From Eledone cirrhosa (lineage: Eukaryota), in assembly GCA_964016885.1 (NCBI GenBank), contig OZ024742.1, positions 3,968,001 through 4,032,000 on the forward strand: 64,000 nucleotides of DNA. The letters run 5' to 3'. The notes beneath the pieces were generated by a model. That model was not told where the DNA came from and did not search any database. It saw only the letters and a list, made by a program, of their open reading frames with translations. Within the stretch, counting starts at the first letter, position 1. The number at the start of each line of letters is the position of its first letter. Positions 1 to 13,713 of this stretch are shown here, in pieces. The position numbers and the translations under genes are program-made.

Positions 1-3000
1 AGTCAGACACCATCAACTGTCAGACACCATCAATTGTCAGACACCATCAACCGTGAGACACCATCAACCGTCAGATACCATCAACTGTCAGACACTATCA
101 ACTGTCAGACACCATCAACTGTCAGACACCATCAACCGTCAGACACCATCAACTGTCAGACACCATCAATTGTCAGACACCATCAACCGTCAGACACCAT
201 CAACCGTCAGATACCATCAACTGTCAGACACTATCAACAGTCAGACACCATCAACTGTCAGACACCATCAATTGTCAGACACCATCAACCGTCAGACACC
301 ATCAACCGTCAGATACCATCAACTGTCAGACACCATCAACAGTCAGACACCATCAACTGTCAGACACCATCAATTGTCAGACACCATCAACCGTCAGACA
401 CCATCAACTGTCAGACACCATCAACTGTCAGACACCATCAACAGTCAGACACCATCAACTGTCAGACACCATCAACTGTCAGACACCATCAACCGTCAGA
501 CATCATCAACCGTCAGACACCATCAACTGTCAGACACCTTCAACCGTCAGACACCATCAACTGTCAGACACCATCAACTGTCAGACACCATCAACCGTCA
601 GACACCATCAACTGTCAGACACCATCAACCGTCAATCACCATCAACTGTCAGACACCATCAACTGTCAGACACCATCAACTGTCAGACACCATCAACTGT
701 CGGACAACATCAACCGTCAGACACCATCAACTGTCAGACACCATCAACTGTCAGACACCATCAACCGTCGGACACCATCAACCGACAGACACCATCAACT
801 CTCAGACCGCATCAACTGTCAGACACCATCAACCGTCAGACACCATCAACCGTCAGACACCATCAACCGTCAGACACCATCAACTGTCAGACTCCATCAA
901 CTGTCAGACACCATCAATCGTCAGACACCATCAACTGTCAGACACCATCAACCGTCAAGCACCATCAACTGTCAGACACCATCAACCGTCAGACACCATC
1001 AACTGTCAGACACCATCAACTGTCAGACACCATCAACTGTCGGACACCATCAACCGTCAGACACCATCAACTGTCAGACACCATCAACCGTCAGACACCA
1101 TCAACCGTCAGATACCATCAACTGTCAGACACTATCAACTGTCAGACACCATCAACTGTCAGACACCATCAACCGTCAGACACCATCAACTGTCAGACAC
1201 CATCAATTGTCAGACACCATCAACCGTCAGACACCATCAACCGTCAGATACCATCAACTGTCAGACACTATCAACAGTCAGACACCATCAACTGTCAGAC
1301 ACCATCAATTGTCAGACACCATCAACCGTCAGACACCATCAACCGTCAGATACCATCAACTGTCAGACACCATCAACAGTCAGACACCATCAACTGTCAG
1401 ACACCATCAATTGTCAGACACCATCAACCGTCAGACACCATCAACTGTCAGACACCATCAACTGTCAGACACCATCAACAGTCAGACACCATCAACTGTC
1501 AGACACCATCAACTGTCAGACACCATCAACCGTCAGACATCATCAACCGTCAGACACCATCAACTGTCAGACACCTTCAACCGTCAGACACCATCAACTG
1601 TCAGACACCATCAACTGTCAGACACCATCAACCGTCAGACACCATCAACTGTCAGACACCATCAACCGTCAATCACCATCAACTGTCAGACACCATCAAC
1701 TGTCAGACACCATCAACTGTCAGACACCATCAACTGTCGGACAACATCAACCGTCAGACACCATCAACTGTCAGACACCATCAACTGTCAGACACCATCA
1801 ACCGTCGGACACCATCAACCGACAGACACCATCAACTCTCAGACCGCATCAACTGTCAGACACCATCAACCGTCAGACACCATCAACCGTCAGACACCAT
1901 CAACCGTCAGACACCATCAACTGTCAGACTCCATCAACTGTCAGACACCATCAATCGTCAGACACCATCAACTGTCAGACACCATCAACCGTCAAGCACC
2001 ATCAACTGTCAGACACCATCAACCGTCAGACACCATCAACTGTCAGACACCATCAACTGTCAGACACCATCAACTGTCGGACACCATCAACCGTCAGACA
2101 CCATCAACTGTCAGACACCATCAACCGTCAGACACCATCAACTGTCAGACACCATCAACTGTCGGACACCATCAACCGTCAGACACCATCAACTGTCAGA
2201 CACCATCAACTGTCAGACACCATCAACCGTCAAGCACCATCAACTATCAGACACCATCAACCGTCAGACACCATCAACTGTCAGACACCATCAACTGTCG
2301 GACACCATCAACCGTCAGACACCATCAACTGTCAGACACCATCAATTGTCAGACACCATCAACCGTCAGACACCATCAACCGTCAGATACCATCAACCGT
2401 CAGATACCATCAACTGTCAGACACCATCAACAGTCAGACACCATCAACTGTCAGACACCATCAATTGTCAGACACCATCAACCGTGAGACACCATCAACC
2501 GTCAGATACCATCAACTGTCAGACACTATCAACTGTCAGACACCATCAACTGTCAGACACCATCAATTGTCAGACACCATCAACCGTCAGACACCATCAA
2601 CCGTCAGATACCATCAACTGTCAGACACCATCAACAGTCAGACACAATCAACTGTCAGACACCATCACTTGTCAGACACCATCAACCGTCAGACACCATC
2701 AACTGTCAGACACCATCAACTGTCAGACACCATCAACAGTCAGACACCATCAACTGTCAGACACCATCAACTGTCAGACACCATCAACCGTCAGACATCA
2801 TCAACCGTCAGACACCATCAAGTGTCAGACACCTTCAACCGTCAGACACCATCAACTGTCAGACACCATCAACTGTCAGACACCATCAACCGTCAGATAC
2901 CATCAACTGTCAGACACCATCAACAGTCAGACACCATCAACTGTCAGACACCATCAATTTTCAGACACCATCAACCGTCAGACACCATCAACCGTCAGAT

Positions 3001-6000
3001 ACCATCAACTGTCAGACACTATCAACAGTCAGACACCATCAACTGTCAGACACCATCAATTGTCAGACACCATCAACCGTCAGACACCTTCAACCGTCAG
3101 ATACCATCAACTGTCAGACACCATCAACAGTCAGACACCATCAACTGTCAGACACCATCAATTGTCAGACACCATCAACCGTCAGACACCATCAATTGTC
3201 AGACACCATCAACAGTCAGACACCATCAACTGTCAGACACCATCAACTGTCAGACACCATCAACCGTCAGACATCATCAACCATCAGACACCATCAACTG
3301 TCAGACACCTTCAACCGTCAGACACCATCAACTGTCAGACACCATCAACTGTCAGACACCATCAACCGTCAGACACCATCAACCGTCAGACACCATCAAC
3401 CGTCAATCACCATCAACTGTCAGACACCATCAACTGTCAGACACCATCAACTGTCAGACACCATCAACTGTCGGACACCATCAACCGTCAGACACCATCA
3501 ACTGTCAGACACCATCAACAGTCAGACACCATCAACCGTCGGAAACCATCAACCGACAGACACCATCAAATCTCAGACCGCATCAACTGTCAGACACCAT
3601 CAACCGTCAGACACCATCAACCGTCAGACACCATCAACCGTCAGACACCTTCAACTGTCAGACTCCATCAACTGTCAGACACCATCAATCGTCAGACACC
3701 ATCCACTGTCAGACACCATCAACCGTCAAGCACCATCAACTGTCAGACACCATCAACCGTCAGACACCATCAACTGTCAGACACCATCAACCGTCAAGCA
3801 CCATCAACTGTCAGACACCATCAACCGTCAGACACCATCAACCGTCAGACACCATCAACCGTCAGACACTATCAACTGTCAGACTCCATCAACTGTCAGA
3901 CACCATCAATCGTCAGACACCATCAACTGTCAGACACCATCAACCGTCAAGCACCATCAACTGTCAGACACCATCAACCGTCAGACACCATCAACTGTCG
4001 GACACCATCAACCGTCAGACACCATCAACTGTCAGACACCATCAACTGTCAGACACCATCAACCGTCAAGCACCATCAACTGTCAGACACCATCAACCGT
4101 CAGACACCATCAACTGTCAGACACCATCAACTGTCGGACACCATCAACCGTCAGACTCCATCAACTGTCAGACACCAACAACTGTCAGACACCATCAACC
4201 GTCAGACACCATCAACCGACAGACACCATCAACTGTCAGACCGCATCAACTGTCGGACACCATCAACCGTCAGATACCATCAACCGTCAGACACCATCAA
4301 CCGTCAGACACCATCAACCGTCAGACACCATCAACTGTCAGACACCATCAACTGTCAGACACCATCAACTGTCAGACACCATCAACCGTCAGACACCATC
4401 AACTGTCAGACACCATCAACCGTCAGACACCATCAACTGTCAGACACCATCAACCGTCAGACACCATCAACTGTCAGACACCATAAACTGTCAGACACCA
4501 TCAACTGTCAGACATCATCAAACGTCAGATACCATCAACCGTCAGACACCATCAACCGTCAGACACCATCAACTGTCAGACACCATCAACTGTCAGACAC
4601 CATCAACCGTCAGACACCATCAACCGTCAGATACCATCAACTGTCAGACACCATCAACAGTCAGACACAATCAACTGTCAGACACCATCACTTGTCAGAC
4701 ACCATCAACCGTCAGACACCATCAACTGTCAGACACCATCAACTGTCAGACACCATCAACAGTCAGACACCATCAACCGTCAGATACCATCAACTGTCAG
4801 ACACTATCAACAGTCAGACACCATCAACTGTCAGACACCATCAATTGTCAGACACCATCAACCGTCAGACACCATCAACCGTCAGATACCATCAACTGTC
4901 AGACACCATCAACAGTCAGACACCATCAACTGTCAGACACCATCAATTGTCAGACACCATCAACCGTCAGACACCATCAACTGTCAGACACCATCAACTG
5001 TCAGACACCATCAACAGTCAGACACCATCAACTGTCAGACACCATCAACTGTCAGACACCATCAACCGTCAGACATCATCAACCGTCAGACACCATCAAC
5101 TGTCAGACACCTTCAACCGTCAGACACCATCAACTGTCAGACACCATCAACTGTCAGACACCATCAACCGTCAGACACCATCAACTGTCAGACACCATCA
5201 ACCGTCAATCACCATCAACTGTCAGACACCATCAACTGTCAGACACCATCAACTGTCAGACACCATCAACTGTCGGACAACATCAACCGTCAGACACCAT
5301 CAACTGTCAGACACCATCAACTGTCAGACACCATCAACCGTCGGACACCATCAACCGACAGACACCATCAACTCTCAGACCGCATCAACTGTCAGACACC
5401 ATCAACCGTCAGACACCATCAACCGTCAGACACCATCAACCGTCAGACACCATCAACTGTCAGACTCCATCAACTGTCAGACACCATCAATCGTCAGACA
5501 CCATCAACTGTCAGACACCATCAACCGTCAAGCACCATCAACTGTCAGACACCATCAACCGTCAGACACCATCAACTGTCAGACACCATCAACTGTCAGA
5601 CACCATCAACTGTCGGACACCATCAACCGTCAGACACCATCAACTGTCAGACACCATCAACCGTCAGACACCATCAACCGTCAGATACCATCAACTGTCA
5701 GACACTATCAACTGTCAGACACCATCAACTGTCAGACACCATCAACCGTCAGACACCATCAACTGTCAGACACCATCAATTGTCAGACACCATCAACCGT
5801 CAGACACCATCAACCGTCAGATACCATCAACTGTCAGACACTATCAACAGTCAGACACCATCAACTGTCAGACACCATCAATTGTCAGACACCATCAACC
5901 GTCAGACACCATCAACCGTCAGATACCATCAACTGTCAGACACCATCAACAGTCAGACACCATCAACTGTCAGACACCATCAATTGTCAGACACCATCAA

Positions 6001-9000
6001 CCGTCAGACACCATCAACTGTCAGACACCATCAACTGTCAGACACCATCAACAGTCAGACACCATCAACTGTCAGACACCATCAACTGTCAGACACCATC
6101 AACCGTCAGACATCATCAACCGTCAGACACCATCAACTGTCAGACACCTTCAACCGTCAGACACCATCAACTGTCAGACACCATCAACTGTCAGACACCA
6201 TCAACCGTCAGACACCATCAACTGTCAGACACCATCAACCGTCAATCACCATCAACTGTCAGACACCATCAACTGTCAGACACCATCAACTGTCAGACAC
6301 CATCAACTGTCGGACAACATCAACCGTCAGACACCATCAACTGTCAGACACCATCAACTGTCAGACACCATCAACCGTCGGACACCATCAACCGACAGAC
6401 ACCATCAACTCTCAGACCGCATCAACTGTCAGACACCATCAACCGTCAGACACCATCAACCGTCAGACACCATCAACCGTCAGACACCATCAACTGTCAG
6501 ACTCCATCAACTGTCAGACACCATCAATCGTCAGACACCATCAACTGTCAGACACCATCAACCGTCAAGCACCATCAACTGTCAGACACCATCAACCGTC
6601 AGACACCATCAACTGTCAGACACCATCAACTGTCAGACACCATCAACTGTCGGACACCATCAACCGTCAGACACCATCAACTGTCAGACACCATCAACCG
6701 TCAGACACCATCAACTGTCAGACACCATCAACTGTCGGACACCATCAACCGTCAGACACCATCAACTGTCAGACACCATCAACTGTCAGACACCATCAAC
6801 CGTCAAGCACCATCAACTATCAGACACCATCAACCGTCAGACACCATCAACTGTCAGACACCATCAACTGTCGGACACCATCAACCGTCAGACACCATCA
6901 ACTGTCAGACACCATCAATTGTCAGACACCATCAACCGTCAGACACCATCAACCGTCAGATACCATCAACCGTCAGATACCATCAACTGTCAGACACCAT
7001 CAACAGTCAGACACCATCAACTGTCAGACACCATCAATTGTCAGACACCATCAACCGTGAGACACCATCAACCGTCAGATACCATCAACTGTCAGACACT
7101 ATCAACTGTCAGACACCATCAACTGTCAGACACCATCAATTGTCAGACACCATCAACCGTCAGACACCATCAACCGTCAGATACCATCAACTGTCAGACA
7201 CCATCAACAGTCAGACACAATCAACTGTCAGACACCATCACTTGTCAGACACCATCAACCGTCAGACACCATCAACTGTCAGACACCATCAACTGTCAGA
7301 CACCATCAACAGTCAGACACCATCAACTGTCAGACACCATCAACTGTCAGACACCATCAACCGTCAGACATCATCAACCGTCAGACACCATCAAGTGTCA
7401 GACACCTTCAACCGTCAGACACCATCAACTGTCAGACACCATCAACTGTCAGACACCATCAACCGTCAGATACCATCAACTGTCAGACACCATCAACAGT
7501 CAGACACCATCAACTGTCAGACACCATCAATTTTCAGACACCATCAACCGTCAGACACCATCAACCGTCAGATACCATCAACTGTCAGACACTATCAACA
7601 GTCAGACACCATCAACTGTCAGACACCATCAATTGTCAGACACCATCAACCGTCAGACACCTTCAACCGTCAGATACCATCAACTGTCAGACACCATCAA
7701 CAGTCAGACACCATCAACTGTCAGACACCATCAATTGTCAGACACCATCAACCGTCAGACACCATCAATTGTCAGACACCATCAACAGTCAGACACCATC
7801 AACTGTCAGACACCATCAACTGTCAGACACCATCAACCGTCAGACATCATCAACCATCAGACACCATCAACTGTCAGACACCTTCAACCGTCAGACACCA
7901 TCAACTGTCAGACACCATCAACTGTCAGACACCATCAACCGTCAGACACCATCAACCGTCAGACACCATCAACCGTCAATCACCATCAACTGTCAGACAC
8001 CATCAACTGTCAGACACCATCAACTGTCAGACACCATCAACTGTCGGACACCATCAACCGTCAGACACCATCAACTGTCAGACACCATCAACAGTCAGAC
8101 ACCATCAACCGTCGGAAACCATCAACCGACAGACACCATCAAATCTCAGACCGCATCAACTGTCAGACACCATCAACCGTCAGACACCATCAACCGTCAG
8201 ACACCATCAACCGTCAGACACCTTCAACTGTCAGACTCCATCAACTGTCAGACACCATCAATCGTCAGACACCATCCACTGTCAGACACCATCAACCGTC
8301 AAGCACCATCAACTGTCAGACACCATCAACCGTCAGACACCATCAACTGTCAGACACCATCAACCGTCAAGCACCATCAACTGTCAGACACCATCAACCG
8401 TCAGACACCATCAACCGTCAGACACCATCAACCGTCAGACACTATCAACTGTCAGACTCCATCAACTGTCAGACACCATCAATCGTCAGACACCATCAAC
8501 TGTCAGACACCATCAACCGTCAAGCACCATCAACTGTCAGACACCATCAACCGTCAGACACCATCAACTGTCGGACACCATCAACCGTCAGACACCATCA
8601 ACTGTCAGACACCATCAACTGTCAGACACCATCAACCGTCAAGCACCATCAACTGTCAGACACCATCAACCGTCAGACACCATCAACTGTCAGACACCAT
8701 CAACTGTCGGACACCATCAACCGTCAGACTCCATCAACTGTCAGACACCAACAACTGTCAGACACCATCAACCGTCAGACACCATCAACCGACAGACACC
8801 ATCAACTGTCAGACCGCATCAACTGTCGGACACCATCAACCGTCAGATACCATCAACCGTCAGACACCATCAACCGTCAGACACCATCAACCGTCAGACA
8901 CCATCAACTGTCAGACACCATCAACTGTCAGACACCATCAACTGTCAGACACCATCAACCGTCAGACACCATCAACTGTCAGACACCATCAACCGTCAGA

Positions 9001-9802
9001 CACCATCAACTGTCAGACACCATCAACCGTCAGACACCATCAACTGTCAGACACCATAAACTGTCAGACACCATCAACTGTCAGACATCATCAAACGTCA
9101 GATACCATCAACCGTCAGACACCATCAACCGTCAGACACCATCAACTGTCAGACACCATCAACTGTCAGACACCATCAACCGTCAAGCACCATCAACTGT
9201 TAGACACCATCAACTGTCAGACACCATCAACTGTCAGACACCATCAACCATCAGACACCATCAACTGTCGGACACCATCAACCGTCTAAGCACCATCAAC
9301 TGTCGGACACCATCAACTGTTAGACACCATCAACTGTCGGACACCATCAACCGTCAGATACCATCAACTGTCAGACACCATCAACAGTCAGACACCATCA
9401 ACTGTCAGACACCATCAACCGTCAGACGCCATCAACCGTCAGACACCATCAACCGTCAGATACCATCAACTGTCAGACACCATCAACAGTCAGACACCAT
9501 CAACTATCAGACACCATCAATTGTCAGACACCATCAACCGTCAGACACCATCAATCGTCAGATACCATCAACTGTCAGACACTATCATCAGTCAGACACC
9601 ATCAACTGTCAGACACCATCAATTGTCAGACACCATCAACCGTCAGACACCATCAACCGTCAGATACCATCAACTGTCAGACACCATCAACCGTCAGACA
9701 CCATCAACTGTCAGACACCATCAACTGTCAGACACCATCAACAGTCAGACACCATCAACAGTCAGACACCATCAACTGTCAGACACCATCAACTGTCAGA
9801 CA
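1..9802. repeat. Satellite array, 17-bp monomer GTCAGACACCATCAACY, with higher-order structure (4573-bp duplication)
   Basis: Continuous tandem repeat. The diagnostic variant GTCAATCACC recurs at 631/5204, 1668/6241 and 3402/7975 (offset 4573 = 269 x 17). The array runs off the left window edge. Confidence 0.99.
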
Positions 9803-9848
9803 GCATGGCGTCCGAGCGTCTACCGATATTGCCAATCCTTCGCCCTTA
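9803..9848 (-). mobile_element. 5' head fragment of tRNA-derived SINE abutting the satellite
   Basis: GCATGGCGTCCGAGCGTCTACCGATATTGCCAATCC..CGCCCT matches the SINE heads at ~47525-47568, ~47714-47741 and ~52670-52713. Confidence 0.75.
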
Positions 9849-10471
9849 TCTTATAATAATAGCTTATCTTATAATAATCATCAAATATTATTATGTGTTA
9901 TCCTATAAACACAATATTGAACGTATTATAATATATAACTGTTTCCAGCTCGGAAATAGGAAAATTGAAATTCCTCCCCAGAATGTCTTACACTGTGGAG
10001 ACAATCCTTGTTATAACTATTAACTTTCCTTAAATACATTTCTATTGATGATCGCTTTCGTTGCACCTGAACATTCATAAGACCCATCTGATGTGGCACC
10101 TCAATATACAAATCTTTTTGCAAATGAATCTAACAATCAATGTCGTTTACGCTAGCGTTTCTTCTGGGTTAATCAATGTATTACTTCTATCCATTGATGC
10201 TTGTGAAAAATACGCAGACATGTTGTCTCGCCAAGAATTTGCACAATCGCACAAAACTTATCTCATTGAATGAATGAACAAAATGTGTTAAGAATTGATT
10301 GCAGAATATCTAAATATCTCCCATCATATGAACGATATAAAACAAGTAAAACGTAGAAAATTAATCTCAGTGAAACACTTTAAAATAGAATTCGGAAAAC
10401 CATTGGTTATTTAATGAGGTTATTTGAGCATGATAGAAAAGTGATTTATACTAATGTCAGAGAGTCACGTA

Positions 10472-10510
<39 letters not shown>

Positions 10511-12013
10511 GTAAAGGAGTAATATATATATATATATATAATATGTATATATATATATATATATATACATATTATATATGCACAATGCTTCAAGTGGACT
10601 ATAACTTCCTCCTTTCCTTACGCCTGAGCCAGGCCCAGTTGACAACTGTAAAGAAACTCTTCCAGCTATCTGAAAAGCGCGCCAAAGCCGGCTGCCAAAT
10701 AAACTTCCTAAAACGATGCCTGAATAACAACATCATCCCCCAAACTATCAAAAACTTGCACCTACCAACATGCTTCAAATCACCAGGCCTCAAACGATCA
10801 CTTAGCTACATACAAACATTCTGCCTAAGAAAACTCATACAACACCTACACCGCACGCTACAACAACACATACGGACTATTTCCAGTCTTGTACCACAAC
10901 TCGCTGAAACCCCAGAACCTCTGTCCAGAGTTATTTCCGCCGCTATAGACAGGTCATACCACCATCGCCGAGACTACGAGAAAATACGTCTAACGCAAAA
11001 ATTTCTCAAGCTCAGGACGGCCAACTGTCTTAACAACATCCCAACTCTAAACACCAACAGAGGCGAACAAGACGGTACCAGCACCGAACCTAGAGGCGCC
11101 CCGACCAACAACACACCTAACGCAAAACACCTCGTCACAGACTTGACATGATCCCTCTCCCGAGAGGAATTAGACCTCCTCAGCCTGGGTCCCAAGTTCA
11201 TATTGAAACAGAGACTGGACGACAAATTATGGCTCGACATAGAAACGAATTTCTGTCGGGCTGCCTACCAACTAAAATGGATATCGACTCTCGGCAACAA
11301 CACCACGGAATCTAACAAACCCAGATTCATGATATACCACCTGGATCGCCCACTCTGTCCATGCCTGCCAACCGCGAGCTTGAAGAAAAACTCTCGAGGC
11401 TAAAAAATTCCGTATTTAACATCTTACGGAAACAGAAGAAGATAGCCCCAACCTCTCCAGGACACAACAACTCGCCCTGAAGAACCTACGGAATAGGGAA
11501 CTTATATACTTACCATCCGACAAAGGTAGAGTTTTGCGTCATCTCTGAAGCCACATACAACAACCTAGCCTTTGAACACCTAAGCGACAATGAATTATAT
11601 ACAGAGATCCCGGACATGACTGCAGCCCAGATCGAAAAACACACCAACTCCATCTGGTTCGATATCTGTAGGCGAAGACAACTCCCAAATAAAGTTAAGC
11701 TCAACTACACCACTAGAAATAGCACACTGCCCACTTTATGCCACCTCATCAAGACCCACAAGAATAGTACTAAGACGCAAATAAGACCCATCGTCTCTAG
11801 CATAGAAGGACCCCTATACAAAATTTCCTGGCTCTTCTCCCAGGTCCTCAAACCTCTACTCTCCACCTTTCCCAGGCATGTCAGTAGCTCCGATGAAGTC
11901 ATACGTAGACTACACCAACTCCAGCCAGAACAACTTAAACTAATAGATACGCCTTTAGCCTCGACGTTGTCTCCCTCTACACTACAGTCCCCGCTCATTC
12001 AGCTGTCGATTTA

Positions 12014-13039
12014 TTGACGGACTGCGTGGTCGCAGAGGACATCCACTGCTACGGCCTCCATCCGACGGACATACACCAACTTTTGTCCTTCACAACAGAC
12101 AACACGTACTTCACCTTCCACCACCACACATACAGACAGACAACAGGATTACAAATGGGATCCAGCCTATCGGGCCTGCTGGCCATCACCTATATGAACC
12201 AACTAGAATGCCGAGCCCTCAACACCTGCCATTCCCATACCTTCTTCACCCGATATGTAGATGACATACTCATCCTTACTTTATCCCGTGAGGAGGCGGA
12301 TAAAATATACACAACATTCTCCAGCATGGACGCCAGTATAAAGTTCAGCATGGAACACCCCGATAACCGCGGATCCCTATCCCTACTGGACTTCCAACTC
12401 AGGGTAACAGAGGAAGGCAACATCCACACTTGCTTCTATAAAAAAGCCGCCAGCAGGGACCTGTTCGTACATTTCAGATCCGCCCTCCCAGCCAGCGCTA
12501 AGTTCGGATACATAAGGAACGAACTCACACGTATCCGGAACAAATGCACCGACGCTAGAGACCGAGACACACACACCACACATTTCCTTGAAGTACTCAA
12601 ACTGAACGGATACACGACATCCACCACAAACCGTGCCAGAAAGAACAGAGGACACCACACCCGAGGCACTAACACTTGCTTCCTGAAGCTCCCACACTTC
12701 AGTGACGAAACAACAACAGCCATCCGCAGAGCTATCAGACGAGAGGGACGAGATATCCAACTGGCCCACTCAGGTCCTTCTCTACGTGGACAGCTAACCA
12801 AAAGACACTCCACCAGACATGACAACTGCTGCAGGCTAGCCAACTGCCCCATCAACGACACAGACATATGCCACCAGGCTTACGTCGTATACAGACTAGA
12901 GTGTGACAAATGCAGCAACTCCTACGTAGGTAGCACAACCAGACCACTCCACATAAGAATAAAAGAACACCTCAATACTAACGCTTCCTCATTTAAGAAA
13001 CACCTAGTTAAATGCAAAAACACCGACAAAACCAGTTAG
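12014..13039 (+). pseudogene. PLE reverse transcriptase palm/thumb plus GIY-YIG endonuclease fragment
   Basis: QTTGLQMGSSLS and YVDD RT motifs; VY...YVG.T...R..EH endonuclease motif; ends prematurely by frameshift/stop. Confidence 0.93.
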
Positions 13040-13573
13040 AATAGAAACTAAGGAAAGAAACCTCGGCAATCTTAGAATTAAGGAAGCACTAATTATAGAC
13101 AAAACACAACCACCAATCAATAATAGACTAGAACTCAACACCCAATTTATAACTTGATAGAGCATCTAGCCCCATATTTACACCCCCCCCACACACACAC
13201 GCACACACTCACGCACACACACACGTACGCACACACACACACACGCTTACACCTCCACTTATTCTCTCTAACACACACACATACACACACAAAGACCAGT
13301 TCTAACACGAGATAACATCTATCCCTCACATTTACGTATAGACATATCTTCTCACACTCACACACACACACACACTCACATACTTACACCTTCATGCATT
13401 CTCCCACACACTTAAATAGGCATGTACAAAAAAAAAACCTTTTAAAGGGAGACTACTCCTTATCCACCTAACCTTAACTCTTTGACATTAGAGATAGAAC
13501 AGATACTATATACCATTTCCTGTCAGCATGACTTGGCAAGCTATTTAGAACAGTGGTTTAACCGCTTTACTTC

Positions 13574-13608
13574 CCTCCGAAGAAGAGATATTATCTCGAA
13601 AATTAAGG
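13574..13608 (+). ncRNA. Degenerate minimal type-I hammerhead ribozyme in PLE 3' pLTR
   Basis: cct-CCGAAGA-a-GAGAT att ATCTC-GAAA-atta-agg; U4 mutated to C and stem III reduced. Confidence 0.55.
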
Positions 13609-13713
13609 ACATTTAAATAAATCTAAGGTAAAAGACTAATTGTCAACAATATCTTTTGCATTTGCATTCTTTATTCTATGTCCATACCTGCATTGTTTTG
13701 GCTTTATTATACA

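Larger units (their letters stand above)
10585..13660 (+). mobile_element. Near full-length, frameshifted Penelope-like retroelement (RT + C-terminal GIY-YIG)
   Basis: Broken ORFs 10543-11151 (N-terminal FLKRCL..NIIP), 11203-11403, 11616-12017 (LIKTHK..IRPIVS) and 12014-13039 (YRQTTGLQMGSSLS, RYVDD, VVYRLECDKCSNSYVGST.R.LHIRIKEH). Starts in a (TA)n tract; the 3' UTR has an HHR remnant. Confidence 0.95.

Noticed and set aside
34-10023. Giant ORFs (up to 2275 aa) of SDTINCQTPSTVRHHQL repeats
   Set aside because: The 17-bp monomer lacks stops in all three plus-strand frames, so overlapping ORFs with the same peptide arise automatically; most start at non-ATG codons.
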